Positions 31,442 through 41,511 of a stretch of 64,000 nt of DNA are shown here, in pieces; positions within the stretch are counted from its first letter, which is position 1, and the number at the start of each line of letters is the position of its first letter. Made by a program: the position numbers and the translations under genes. This stretch comes from a bacterium. Lineage in GTDB: Bacteria; UBA8248. The stretch is taken from the NCBI GenBank assembly GCA_965219955.1, contig OZ244799.1:2304001-2368000 (forward strand), read 5' to 3'. The notes beneath the pieces were generated by a model. That model had not been told where the DNA came from. It made no database searches and saw only the letters and a list, made by a program, of their open reading frames with translations.

Positions 31442-33176
31442 CCCGGATATTTCACCGACAAATGGCATGGGGCCTCTGAATGTCGGATAATGTGAGTTGT
31501 CTCAATAACTTACACCCGTCCGACAGAGAGGCCCCATGGATACGCATTGTACACCGGAACAACTTCACTTTCACCCCCACGGAAGACGCGAGGTCATCGC
31601 CCGATTCGACGGCGGACGGATCACGTCGGACGCCGGCGGGGTGCTGCTTCGCGAGACGGATCTCCGCCTGGGTCTGATGGCTCGTCTGGCGCGGTGTTTT
31701 CGTGATTGCCGCAAGCCCGGCAGCGTGGAGCACCCGGTGCGCTCGCTGGCGGCGCAGCGGGTGTACGCGCTGGCGCTGGGCTACGAGGACCTGAACGACC
31801 ACGAGGATTTGCGCCGCGACAGGTTGCTGGCGCTGCTGGTGGGCAAGCGGGACCTGACGGGAGCCGGGCGGGTTCGCCTTCGGGACCGCGGCTCTCCGCT
31901 GGCCGCATCGAGTACGCTGAACCGCCTGGAGTTGGGCGGCGCCGAGGCGGCGACGGATCGCTACAAGCGCATCGCTGCGGACTTCGAGGCGATGGACCGC
32001 CTGCTGGTGGACGTGTTCATGGAGTCTTACGCCGAACCGCCCGAAGAGATATGGCTGGACCTCGACGCCACGGACGACCCCCTGCACGGTCGCCAGGAGG
32101 GGCGCTTCTTCCACGGCTATTACGGCCGCTACTGTTATCTGCCGCTCTACGTCTTCTGCGGCGCGCATCTGCTGTGCGCGCGGCTGCGCCGCTCGAACGT
32201 CGACGCCTCGGCCGGCAGCGAGGAGGAGTTGGCGCGGATCGTGGCGCAGGTCCGCAGGCGCTGGCCGCGTACGCGGGTCGTGGTTCGCGGCGACTCGGGT
32301 TTTTGCCGCGAGCCGTTGATGCGCTGGTGCGAGGAGAACGGCGTCGGCTACGTGTTCGGCATGGCGCGCAACGCGCGGCTGGTGCGGGCGATTGGCCGGG
32401 ACCTCTACCGGGCCGAGGTCGTCTGTCGCCGCACGGGTGAGCCGGCGCGCCGGTATCGCGACTTCCGCTATCGAACGCGCAAGAGCTGGTCCAGAACCCG
32501 CCGGGTGGTGGGCAAGGCGCAATACCTGCCCAGGGGGGCGAACCCGCGGTTCGTGGTCACCAATCTCCGCCCCCGGCGGGCCGGCGCCAGACGCCTCTAC
32601 GAAGAACTCTACTGCGCCCGGGGAGAGATGGAGAACCGCATCAAGGAACAGCAACTCGGCCTGTTCGCCGACCGCACCAGCAGCGCCACCATGAGGGCCA
32701 ATCAGTTGCGGCTCTACTTCGCCTCCTTCGCCTACGTCCTGATGCACGGACTCCGGCGCCTGGGGCTGGCGGGCACGACATGCGCCAGGGCCCAGTGCGC
32801 AACGATCCGGCTGAAACTGCTCAAGATCGGCGCCCGCGTGAGGGTCAGCGTGCGCAAGGTCCGGCTGTCTATCTCCGAGGCCTGGCCCCATGCGGCGCTC
32901 TTCGAAAAGGTAGTGAACAACCTGCGTACGCACCCGCCCTGGCCGACGGCGGGGGAGAGTGACTGAGCGTAGAATCGGAGCGACATAGGTTGCCGCAGCG
33001 GGAAACCTGCGCCTGCGCGTCGGCCGGCACTCCCCGAAAGCCTTCGAAATCGACGAAAAAGCGCCGCTCGGGCGCCGTGCGTCATCGTATCGCGCCGACG
33101 AAGAAGGCCGCCTCCCGAATCAAGCCGTCCACGACTTCAAATCAGGCCGTTCCAAAGCCTCGGTGAAATATCCGGG
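31442..33176 (+). mobile_element. IS1380-family insertion sequence, copy 1 (1735 bp)
   Basis: 17-bp perfect terminal IR CCCGGATATTTCACCGA; 4-bp target duplication TTAA. Confidence 0.95.
31536..32966 (+). CDS. IS1380-family transposase
   Basis: FDGGRITSDAG, GYEDLNDH, LDLDATDDPLHGRQE, RGDSGF, YCARGEMENRIKE. Confidence 0.96.
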   Translation: MDTHCTPEQLHFHPHGRREVIARFDGGRITSDAGGVLLRETDLRLGLMARLARCFRDCRKPGSVEHPVRSLAAQRVYALALGYEDLNDHEDLRRDRLLALLVGKRDLTGAGRVRLRDRGSPLAASSTLNRLELGGAEAATDRYKRIAADFEAMDRLLVDVFMESYAEPPEEIWLDLDATDDPLHGRQEGRFFHGYYGRYCYLPLYVFCGAHLLCARLRRSNVDASAGSEEELARIVAQVRRRWPRTRVVVRGDSGFCREPLMRWCEENGVGYVFGMARNARLVRAIGRDLYRAEVVCRRTGEPARRYRDFRYRTRKSWSRTRRVVGKAQYLPRGANPRFVVTNLRPRRAGARRLYEELYCARGEMENRIKEQQLGLFADRTSSATMRANQLRLYFASFAYVLMHGLRRLGLAGTTCARAQCATIRLKLLKIGARVRVSVRKVRLSISEAWPHAALFEKVVNNLRTHPPWPTAGESD

Positions 33177-33320
33177 TTAAACACGAGCGCGGGGGAAGGG
33201 GTTTTTCAACAACCCCGCATCAATCGCAATTGACTTGCCAGAAAACCGCGTTTCTCCTAAAATTCCGCGTCGTTGTCATCAAATTCATACGCCATCTTTC
33301 GTAAGGATACGCCCGAACCC

Positions 33321-34040
33321 ATGTCCACCATCATCGGCGTCGTTCATGCGACGCGCGTCGCGGTATCGCCCATCGAAGCCGCGTTCGAAAGCCATTGGCC
33401 CGAAGCCGAGGTCGTCCAGCTCATCGACGAATCCCTCTCCCGCGATCTGGAAGCTATCGGCCGTCTCACGCCCGAGATCAACGAGCGCGTGGAGCGGCTG
33501 GCGGCGTTCGCGCACAGAGGGGGCGCTCAGGCGATTCTCTACTCCTGCTCGGCCTTCGGCCCGGCGATTGAGGCAGCAGGGGCGGGGCTCCCGGTTCCCG
33601 TCCTGAAACCCGACCAGGCGATGCTCGATGAAGCGCTGGCGCATGGAGGCCGCATCCGCGTTCTCTCGACGTTCAGACCCTCGGGCCCCTCGATAAGGCG
33701 TGAACTCGAATTGCTGGCGGCGCAGAAAAACGTCGGTGTCGAAATCGATGATTCCTACGTACCGGGCGCACTCGACGCACTCCAGGCGGGTGACGGAGGA
33801 GCGCACGACGCGCTCATCGCGGAAACCGCCGCCGGCTCAAGAGCCGACGTCGTCCTCCTCGCCCAGTTCTCCATGGCGCGGGCGCGGAATGAGGTCTCCC
33901 GCCGCGTGGATGCGAGGGTGCTCAGCAGCCCCGTGAGCGCCGTCCTCGCGCTCAAGCGGATGATGCGCACACCCGCGAACGGGCACGCTCCGGCGACGAA
34001 CGGGACGGCGGCCACTTCCACGCAACATCTATCCGCGTAG
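33321..34040 (+). CDS. Aspartate/glutamate racemase superfamily protein
   Basis: ILYSCSAFG, PVPVLKPDQAM, VLLAQFSMA, VLSSP. Confidence 0.8.
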   Translation: MSTIIGVVHATRVAVSPIEAAFESHWPEAEVVQLIDESLSRDLEAIGRLTPEINERVERLAAFAHRGGAQAILYSCSAFGPAIEAAGAGLPVPVLKPDQAMLDEALAHGGRIRVLSTFRPSGPSIRRELELLAAQKNVGVEIDDSYVPGALDALQAGDGGAHDALIAETAAGSRADVVLLAQFSMARARNEVSRRVDARVLSSPVSAVLALKRMMRTPANGHAPATNGTAATSTQHLSA

Positions 34041-34121
34041 TTTCACGACCTTATCCTGGATGGTCTTCCCCCGCAGGGGCCGTTCGCGAACGCCCCCTAC
34101 GCCGCCTCGACCCGTAGATCG

Positions 34122-34305
34122 TCGTCATTCCGGCATCATTCCCGACTGAGAAAGGAGGGATTGACCGGAATCCATTTGCGGATGTGGGTGAATACACAAC
34201 GGTGTTTCATTCCCCACCGATGCGCGGGGACCCGGACGAGAGGCGAAAGGCGTAAAAAATGGATTCCGGCTTTCGCCGGAATGACGGTGAACACTCTCGA
34301 TTGGG
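34122..34305. repeat. CGTCATTCCGGC..GCCGGAATCC / GGATTCCGGC..GCCGGAATGACG palindromic repeat element
   Basis: Arms recur at 41056-41225, 54050-54122, 62782-63000 and 63691-63837; the internal spacer is also shared with the 41056 and 54050 copies. Confidence 0.8.
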
Positions 34306-34448
34306 GGGGAGTCTACAACCCCTTCCAGGCGGACACATCGGCCCGCCCCTGCGAAGACGCTATCCCTCCCCGCTCAAAACCGCTCCCGCCTTGCCCCTCG
34401 CCATCCACCGGTGGATAATGGCGTTTTCTCTTGCCCTGAGTTAACCAC

Positions 34449-35333
34449 TTGCTCGACTCCCTTCATCCCAACCTGATGGCGCTTCTCTCGGCGTTTTTCA
34501 TCTCCGTCGCCAGGACGCTCTACCGGGGCGCGCTCATGAGCCTGAGCCCGCTCGTGACCACGGTGATCGCGACCATCATCACCACCCTCTTCGCCCTCGG
34601 CCTCTACGCGACGGGCGAGGGACTCGACCACTGGCCGCTCTACGGGATCCTGTGGTTCGTTCTCGTGGGCACGGTCGGCGGGCTGGGCGGGCGCTACATG
34701 GGGATGATATCCATCAAGCTGGTGGGGCTGGCCCGCACGCCCATCCTGACGCAGACAGGCCTCGTCTGGTCCTCGGGGCTGGCCGTGCTCCTTCTGGGCG
34801 AGAGGCTCACCCCCCTCGTGACGCTGGGAACGCTGGGCATCATGGCCGGCGGCGTCCTGCTCCTCTACGACAAGAAAGCCGCCCAGAGGCGCATCCCGCT
34901 CACCTACTACCTCATCCCGGTGGCAGGCGCTGCGTTCGCGAGCGTCTCCCACATCGTGCGCAAATACGGCTTCGTCCACATCCCCTCGGTCACGCTGGGG
35001 ATGGGCGTCTCGAACATGACGACGCTCACGCTATTGCTCGCGAGCGCCTTCTTCTTCCCGGCGCTCCAGATGAAAAGCAGTCCCTTTACCCGCCATTCGC
35101 TCCTCATCACCGCCCTGGGTGCTACGTGCAACTTCCTCGCCGCGTTCTTCTTCTGGTGGGCGATCAAGGACGGCGAGGTCATCCAGGTGGTTCCCATCAA
35201 CCGGCTCTCGATCCTGATCGTCATCCTCTTCTCCTGGCTTTTTTTCAGGAAACAGGAGCGCGTGAGCGCGCAGGTCATCATCGGCGGGGCGTGCTCGGTG
35301 CTGGGCGCATGGGCCGTCGTGTGGGGGAAGTGA
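34449..35333 (+). CDS. DMT/EamA family transporter
   Basis: About ten hydrophobic segments, LLLGERLT and FFRKQERVS repeat halves. Confidence 0.85.
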   Translation: MLDSLHPNLMALLSAFFISVARTLYRGALMSLSPLVTTVIATIITTLFALGLYATGEGLDHWPLYGILWFVLVGTVGGLGGRYMGMISIKLVGLARTPILTQTGLVWSSGLAVLLLGERLTPLVTLGTLGIMAGGVLLLYDKKAAQRRIPLTYYLIPVAGAAFASVSHIVRKYGFVHIPSVTLGMGVSNMTTLTLLLASAFFFPALQMKSSPFTRHSLLITALGATCNFLAAFFFWWAIKDGEVIQVVPINRLSILIVILFSWLFFRKQERVSAQVIIGGACSVLGAWAVVWGK

Positions 35334-35374
35334 TGTCTGGGGCGGGCGATGCGCTTACGCGCTGCTTTATCTTC

Positions 35375-36391
35375 TTAAGGAGTTTCCACGCGCGCCCATC
35401 CCCCCGCTTTAGATGACTCCAGCATGGCCGAGAGCAGCGCGACGAGGGCGGCTCCTTCGCGCCCGTCGGTGAACGGGGGCGCATCGCCGCGGACGCTCTG
35501 CGCGAAAGACGCCATGTGGCGGGCGATCATGTCGGTTTGCTCGACCGCGAGGATCTCCGGCTCCGCTTCGTCCCGCCTGTGGATGACGAGGCCGGGCGCT
35601 GCGGGCGTCCCGCCCCCCGGGTCCGCGTTCACGTAGAGGTTCGCCTCGGTTCCGAACAGGGATAGCTGGTAGCGGCGCTGCGTGATGAAGCTCGAACTCA
35701 CCTGGGCGGTTACGCCTGAGGCGAACCGGAGCGCGCCCGAGGCGGTGTCCGGTATCCGCCCCGACGCCATCTTCCGCTCCAGCACGGCGAAGGCTTCTTC
35801 CACCGGCCCCAGGAGGTACTTCAGGATGTCCAGGAGGTGAAAACCCGGCCCCGTGAACGGCCCGAGTGGCGATTCTGCGGGGTCGTCGCGCCAGATTTCC
35901 CTTCCGTAGTTGCGGGCGCGCGGGTTGCCGAAATGCCCCGCCGCCTGCGTCACCTCGCCGAGCGCGCCCTCGTCCAGCAGCGCCTTCGCCTGCTGGACCG
36001 ACGCCACCCAGCGCCAGCAATGCCCGACCATCAAGACGACGCCCGCACGCTCGCAGGCCTCCACGCAGGCGCGCGCGTCACTTAATGTGACGGAGATCGG
36101 CTTCTCCACGAACACGTGCTTCCCGGCCCGGGCCGCCGCGCAGACCTGCTCCTGATGCGCGCTGTGGGGCGTGGTGAGGAGGACGGCGTCGATATCCGGG
36201 TCTTCAAGTACGGCCGCATAGTCGGGACAGGGCCTGCAATCGTATTTTCGCGCGAACGCTTCTTTCCGCTCGTCCGACCTCGTATGGCAGGCGGTGATCT
36301 CGAGTCCCGTGGTTTTCCGGACTCCCTCCGCCAGCACCCCGGCCCAGCGGCCCAGTCCGACACAAGCCAGTCGAATGCTTTCTCCGCTCAT
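35375..36391 (-). CDS. Gfo/Idh/MocA family oxidoreductase
   Basis: VGLGRWA, TTPHSAH, AGKHVFVEKP; start MSGESIRL at 36391. Confidence 0.92.
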   Translation of the reverse strand: MSGESIRLACVGLGRWAGVLAEGVRKTTGLEITACHTRSDERKEAFARKYDCRPCPDYAAVLEDPDIDAVLLTTPHSAHQEQVCAAARAGKHVFVEKPISVTLSDARACVEACERAGVVLMVGHCWRWVASVQQAKALLDEGALGEVTQAAGHFGNPRARNYGREIWRDDPAESPLGPFTGPGFHLLDILKYLLGPVEEAFAVLERKMASGRIPDTASGALRFASGVTAQVSSSFITQRRYQLSLFGTEANLYVNADPGGGTPAAPGLVIHRRDEAEPEILAVEQTDMIARHMASFAQSVRGDAPPFTDGREGAALVALLSAMLESSKAGGWARVETP

Positions 36392-36502
36392 GGCGCTCAA
36401 TATACCACCCCGGCCCCGAAACGATAAAATTCCCCCCTGTGACTGCCCTTCTCGCGGCGGATGAATTAGGATGGGGCTTTCACACTCCCGGGAGGTGCGG
36501 CG

Positions 36503-37240
36503 TTGTCGCCAGACCCTATTCAAGGAAAAACCTGCATCGTCACCGGCGCGAGCCGGGGCATCGGGCGCGGATGCGCGCTGGCATTGGGGAGCGCGGGCTG
36601 CCGCGTGGCGGTGAACTACCGAGAGCGCGCGGAGGAAGCGGAGGAGACCCGCCGCGAGATAGAAGAGGCGGGCGGGGAGGCTTTCATCTTCCGAGCGGAC
36701 GTATCGGACTCTAGCGATGTACACCGCCTGGTGGAGGAAACGAGAGAGCGATTCGGCCCCGTCTCGATTCTCGTGAACAACGCGGGTATCGCCATCCAGA
36801 AGCCCTTTGACGAACTCACCGAGGCCGATTGGGACGCCACGATCGACGTGAATCTCAAATCCGCGTTCCTGCTCACCCGGGCCGTGCTGCCCGACATGCG
36901 AGAGGCGCGGTGGGGGAGAATCGTGAACGTCTCATCGAACGCCGCCTTCACGGGCGGGCGCGTCGGGCCGCACTACGCGGCTTCGAAGGCGGGCATGCAC
37001 GGCCTCACCCACGGCTATGCCGCCGCCCTCGTGAAAGAAGGCGTCACGGTGAACAGCGTGGCGCCCGCCCTCATCGACACCGACATGACGACGCAGGACC
37101 TGCGCACCTCCACGCCGAACACGCCGATGGAGCGGTTCGGCACGGTGGAGGAGACGGTCGACGCCGTCATGATGATGATCCGGAACGCCTTCGTCACGGG
37201 CCAGACCCTCCTGGTGAACGGCGGCAATTACTTCCACTAA
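36503..37240 (+). CDS. SDR family oxidoreductase (FabG-like)
   Basis: TGASRGIG, VNNAG, YAASKAG. Confidence 0.95.
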   Translation: MSPDPIQGKTCIVTGASRGIGRGCALALGSAGCRVAVNYRERAEEAEETRREIEEAGGEAFIFRADVSDSSDVHRLVEETRERFGPVSILVNNAGIAIQKPFDELTEADWDATIDVNLKSAFLLTRAVLPDMREARWGRIVNVSSNAAFTGGRVGPHYAASKAGMHGLTHGYAAALVKEGVTVNSVAPALIDTDMTTQDLRTSTPNTPMERFGTVEETVDAVMMMIRNAFVTGQTLLVNGGNYFH

Positions 37241-37277
37241 TCCATATCATTTCCACCAACACCCAGAGGCGAGACAG

Positions 37278-38969
37278 ATGAGAAACGCAAACGGCGCAGG
37301 CTTGCTGCTCGAAACCCTGCTCGACGAAGGAGTGACGCACCTGTTCGGAAACCCGGGCACGACGGAGCTTCCCCTCATGGACGCGCTCGTGAACGAGGAG
37401 CGGCTCGAGTTCATCCTCACGCTGCACGAGGGCGTGGCGATCTCCGCAGCAGAGGGATACGGCCTGAGCACCGGGAGGCCCGCCGCCATCAACCTCCACG
37501 TCGCCCCCGGCCTCGGCAACGCGATGGGGCTTCTCTACAACGCCAAGCGCTCGCGCGCGCCCATGCTCGTCACCGCCGGGAACCAGCCCCAGAGCGGGCA
37601 TTTTCAGGAAATCATCCTCTATGACGATCTCGCGCGCATGGCGGAGCCGCTCGTGAAGTGGTCGTATGAGGTGCGCCGCGTCGAGGATTTGGAGCAAGCC
37701 GTGCGGCGCGCCGTCAAGGTGTCCATGACGCCGCCGACGGGTCCCGTGTTCCTCTCCCTGCCGGGTGACGTCATGCTGGCCACAGCCTCCGGCCTCCAGG
37801 AAAAACCCACGCGCATCCATACGCGCTTCGCCGCATCGGCGGAATCGGTCGAGGCGGCGGCCGCGCTCATCGCGAAAGCGGAGCGGCCCTGCATCGTCGC
37901 AGGTTCCGGCGCCGCGCACTCGGGCGCGCTGGACGAGGCGGCGCGCTTCGCCGAGCAGATCGGCGCAACGGCGTATGAGGAGAACTTCGCCAACGTGATC
38001 ACATATCCCATGGCCCACCCGCTCTACGCCGGGAAACTCCCCATTCTCGCCAAGCCCCTGAGGGAGCGCCTCGCGGAGCACGACCTGGTGTTCCTCGTCG
38101 GCACGGAGGTATTCCTGTTCTCATACCCCGCCGACGTGCGCCCGCTGCCCGAGAGCTGCCGGGTCGTTCACCTGGATCTCAACGCATGGGAGATGGGCAA
38201 GAACTTCGGCCTGGACGCCGCACTCTACGGCGACCCGAAAACCACCCTCCCCGTCCTGACGGAAGCCGTGGCGAGGGCGCAGACGGCGGATGAGGCGGCA
38301 GGGGCGAAAGCGCGCGCGGAGCGGATCGCGGCGGAAAACCAGAGCGCGCGCGAGGCCACCCCGCCCCCGGCAGCGCAAAGCGATTATACCGAAGGCATGT
38401 CCCTTCCCGCCTTTCACCGCGCTCTCGGCGCGGGCGCGCCCGATGGCGCCGTCTGGGTGGACGAGGCGCTCACCTCCGCAGGCCCCGGCTTCCGCCGAGC
38501 GGTGGGGCGCAACGCCTCCCAGATTTTCGGCAGAAAAGGCGGCGGCATCGGGAACGGCCTGCCCATGGCGCTGGGGGCGAAGATAGCGACGCCCGACCGC
38601 CCCGTCATCTGCCTCTCGGGCGACGGCTCGGCCATGTACTCCAACCAGACGCTGTGGACGGCGGCAAAATACGGCATCGGCGCCGTCTTCGTCATCGCGA
38701 ACAACGGGGCTTATCACATCCTGAAAGGGCGCGTGCTGGCGCTGGACGGCAAGGCGAAGGAGTTTCACCGCTTCGTCGGCATGGACCTGACGGAACCAAG
38801 CCTCGACTTCATCAAGCTGGCGGAGTCGATGGGGGTGGAGGCCGCGCGCGTCCATGCGCCGGATGAGTTGGAAGCGTGTCTTGCAGAAGCCGCAAGTGGC
38901 GACAAACCCTATCTCATCGACGCGGTCGTCAAGCCCAACCCTCTGGGCGGCGCGCCCCAGGAGCTTTGA
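37278..38969 (+). CDS. Thiamine-diphosphate enzyme, benzoylformate decarboxylase-like
   Basis: FGNPGTTELP, LHE, NLHVAPGLGNAMG, GDGSAMY...NNGAY. Confidence 0.9.
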   Translation: MRNANGAGLLLETLLDEGVTHLFGNPGTTELPLMDALVNEERLEFILTLHEGVAISAAEGYGLSTGRPAAINLHVAPGLGNAMGLLYNAKRSRAPMLVTAGNQPQSGHFQEIILYDDLARMAEPLVKWSYEVRRVEDLEQAVRRAVKVSMTPPTGPVFLSLPGDVMLATASGLQEKPTRIHTRFAASAESVEAAAALIAKAERPCIVAGSGAAHSGALDEAARFAEQIGATAYEENFANVITYPMAHPLYAGKLPILAKPLRERLAEHDLVFLVGTEVFLFSYPADVRPLPESCRVVHLDLNAWEMGKNFGLDAALYGDPKTTLPVLTEAVARAQTADEAAGAKARAERIAAENQSAREATPPPAAQSDYTEGMSLPAFHRALGAGAPDGAVWVDEALTSAGPGFRRAVGRNASQIFGRKGGGIGNGLPMALGAKIATPDRPVICLSGDGSAMYSNQTLWTAAKYGIGAVFVIANNGAYHILKGRVLALDGKAKEFHRFVGMDLTEPSLDFIKLAESMGVEAARVHAPDELEACLAEAASGDKPYLIDAVVKPNPLGGAPQEL

Positions 38970-38982
38970 GGGGAAAAGACCC

Positions 38983-39759
38983 TCAGGCCGGTTTTTGGCC
39001 CAGGATGGTCAGACGTTTTCTGATGATGGAGAATTCCGCGCCGTAGCCTTTTTCCTCATACCAGCTTCCGCCCTGATCGCGCAGGCGCTCGAAGGCGGCC
39101 CTCAGTTTCGGGAACACATCGGGCGAGGTCTTGGCGAGGTCCATCCAATCATCGAAGGGCGTGTCCGTCCTGTCGACAACGGTCTCCTCGACCCGGATTC
39201 CCTCCGCGTGAAACAAGCCTTCCATCTCCTTTCCGGACAGATGTCGCGTGATGGTCGGCTCGCGCACCCGGTCGAGTTCTTCTATCTTCCCGCGCTCTTC
39301 TTCCTCGTCCGGATAATGGTAGTCGATCAGGAAGACGTGGCCGCCCGGACGCACCGCGCGCGCCATCTCACTGAAAACTGTATTCGGGTCTTCCAGATGA
39401 TGAAACGTATGGCGGCAGATGGCGGCGTCGGCGGCTCCCGCCGCCAGGGGCGCTTCGTGCGCGTTCGCCATAACGTAGCGGGCGTTCGCTTCCAGACCCC
39501 ACTCGCGCAGGCGCTCGCGCCCTCTCCTGGTCATCGCGGGGGTGAGATCGAGACCCACGACATTCCCGCCCGCCGCCAGAAAAGGTTTTGCGGATGTGCC
39601 CGTGCCCATCCCGAAATCGACCAGCCAGGAACCTTCGCCAAAACCGACCCGCTCGGCCATCGCGCCCAGGCGCGCCTGTTCCGCGTCGCTGTAATAGCCG
39701 CCGTAGGTCTCCGCCATCCGCGTGAAGGTGTCGATGTTCCGCTGTTTCGCCGTATCCAT
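38983..39759 (-). CDS. Class I SAM-dependent methyltransferase
   Basis: VDFGMGTG, GLDLTPAM, FHHLEDP, VRPGG. Confidence 0.88.
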   Translation of the reverse strand: MDTAKQRNIDTFTRMAETYGGYYSDAEQARLGAMAERVGFGEGSWLVDFGMGTGTSAKPFLAAGGNVVGLDLTPAMTRRGRERLREWGLEANARYVMANAHEAPLAAGAADAAICRHTFHHLEDPNTVFSEMARAVRPGGHVFLIDYHYPDEEEERGKIEELDRVREPTITRHLSGKEMEGLFHAEGIRVEETVVDRTDTPFDDWMDLAKTSPDVFPKLRAAFERLRDQGGSWYEEKGYGAEFSIIRKRLTILGQKPA

Positions 39760-39927
39760 CCAAAAGCCCCCTTATGGGAGTTCGCCTTGTCCTGCCTTGA
39801 GGGTATTCGCGCATCATACACCGAAACCGGGAAAAGCACGCTCTCCGCTCTCACTCGTTTTACAAAAGGCGCGGGCTGCCGTTAGAATGATTGAAAATCA
39901 ACCTCTCAAACACAAGGAGAGCGAACG

Positions 39928-40431
39928 ATGGGTGAAATTCTCGACAAATTCGCAACCGAATGCCACGACATCCTGAAAGCCGATTCGAGCAAGGCGGGCC
40001 TCCAGAAGGTAAGCGACGCCCTGGAGAAAGTGCTGGTGCAAGAGGAGTTCGTTCAGGAGCACCTCGGGCCCGACAACGACTCCCCCCGCAAGATCCTCTA
40101 CAAGGACCCCGAACTCGGCTTTTGCATCTTCGCCCACGTGCACAAGGGCGTGACCGGCAGTTCCCCGCACGATCACGGGGAATCCTGGGCCATCTACGGC
40201 CAGGCGGTGGGCACCACCACGATGACGGACTACGAGCTCGTCGAGCGGCCCAACGGCGCAGCGCCCGGCAAGGTGCGCGCCGTGCGCAGCTACGACCTCA
40301 CGCCGGGCCTCTCCAAGGCCTACGACGTGGGGGAATTCCACTCGCCCAAGCGCGAGGGGGAGACGCGCCTCGTGCGCATCGAAGGCATCGATCTCGACAC
40401 CATCACGCGCGACAAGTACGAGGCGGTCTAA
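39928..40431 (+). CDS. Cupin / cysteine-dioxygenase-like protein
   Basis: PHDHGESWAIYG and a downstream FHS; SD AAGGAG. Confidence 0.75.
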   Translation: MGEILDKFATECHDILKADSSKAGLQKVSDALEKVLVQEEFVQEHLGPDNDSPRKILYKDPELGFCIFAHVHKGVTGSSPHDHGESWAIYGQAVGTTTMTDYELVERPNGAAPGKVRAVRSYDLTPGLSKAYDVGEFHSPKREGETRLVRIEGIDLDTITRDKYEAV

Positions 40432-40486
40432 TCACGCCTCGACAGCGGCGAAGTGATTCGTCGAGTTGAAAAGGTTTTGTTCTTAC

Positions 40487-40652
40487 GTGTCGCAGGTGGG
40501 CTTTCTCAGTGAAAGCCCGGGAAGCCGGTGAGAATCCGGCGCGGACCCGCCACTGTGACCGGGGACGAAAGCGGCTGAAACCACTGGCGCACCCCGCCGG
40601 GAAGGGGCCGTGAGTAGGATGATCCGGAAGCCAGGAGACCGACCTGCGGCAA
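40487..40652 (+). promoter_or_regulatory. Cobalamin riboswitch 1
   Basis: GGGAAGCCGGTGAGAATCCGGCGCGGACCCGCCACTGTGA, CCACTG..GGGAAGG, B12 box AGCCAGGAGACCGACCTGCG pairing with the 5' CGCAGGT. Confidence 0.93.
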
Positions 40653-40787
40653 CCTTATGACCCGTCACGTCCTCGCGGAACGGGAGGTGGGTGGTATCTT
40701 GCGCATCTTCACACCCCGAATCGAAAACATCACCGTACGCGCGTGGGTTGCGCACGCGCGACGCTAGAGTTTCGCCATTAGCCGGGA

Positions 40788-41264
40788 TTGTTGAAAAAGG
40801 CCCGATTCAGGAGCGGGCGGTATTGGGGGGTTATGCGGCGGTCATCCTTCCTACCGCGCAAGCGGCCACAAAACCTCATCCTGAGTAGGCGCGCAAGCGC
40901 CGTATCGAAGGATGAGAGGCGGCTCCCGGCGTGCGAGAGGGCATCCTTCGATACGGCGCTTGCGCGCCTACTCAGGATGAGGAAGGTGTGGGCCGAGCTT
41001 GTCCCGAGCGGAGTCGAGGGGCGGTTACTCAGGATGAGGTGGTGCGGTTTGGTTCGTCATTCCGGCGAAAGCCGGAATCCATTTGCGGATGCGGGTGAAC
41101 ATAGGCGGCGTTTCACTCCCCGCCGATGCGCAGGTATCCGGACAAAAGGCATCAAAATGGATTCCGGGCAATCCCTCCCTCCTCGGTCGGCATTGATTGC
41201 CGGAATGACGGTGAACACTCTTGATTCGGGGGCAACAACCCCGTTTGGGAGGCCTTTTCAACAG
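40788..41264. repeat. MITE-like composite repeat between the two riboswitches
   Basis: TTGTTGAAAAAGGCC ... GGCCTTTTCAACAG ends enclosing two palindromic repeat families. Confidence 0.75.
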
Positions 41265-41298
41265 CATAAGCGCGGTGGATCCATCCGCCGCTGAAACA

Positions 41299-41443
41299 GC
41301 CGGCAGGTGTACGGGAATCCGGTGCGAAACCGGAGCTGCCCGGCAGCTGTGAGCGACGCGCCTTTCATACGATCCACTGGGACAAAGCCCGGGAAGGAAT
41401 GAAAGGCGGCCATCGGCGCGAGCCAGAAGACCGGCCTGTCGGC
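41299..41443 (+). promoter_or_regulatory. Cobalamin riboswitch 2 (compact 5' end)
   Basis: GGGAATCCGGTGCGAAACCGGAGCTGCCCGGCAGCTGTGA, CCACTGGG..GGGAAGG, AGCCAGAAGACCGGCCTGTCGGC. Confidence 0.9.
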
Positions 41444-41511
41444 ATCATCTCCACACGACCCCGCCAGGGGTCCGTTCCGAGCGCTAGGGCCGCTCAAGGA
41501 GGCGCACCATC

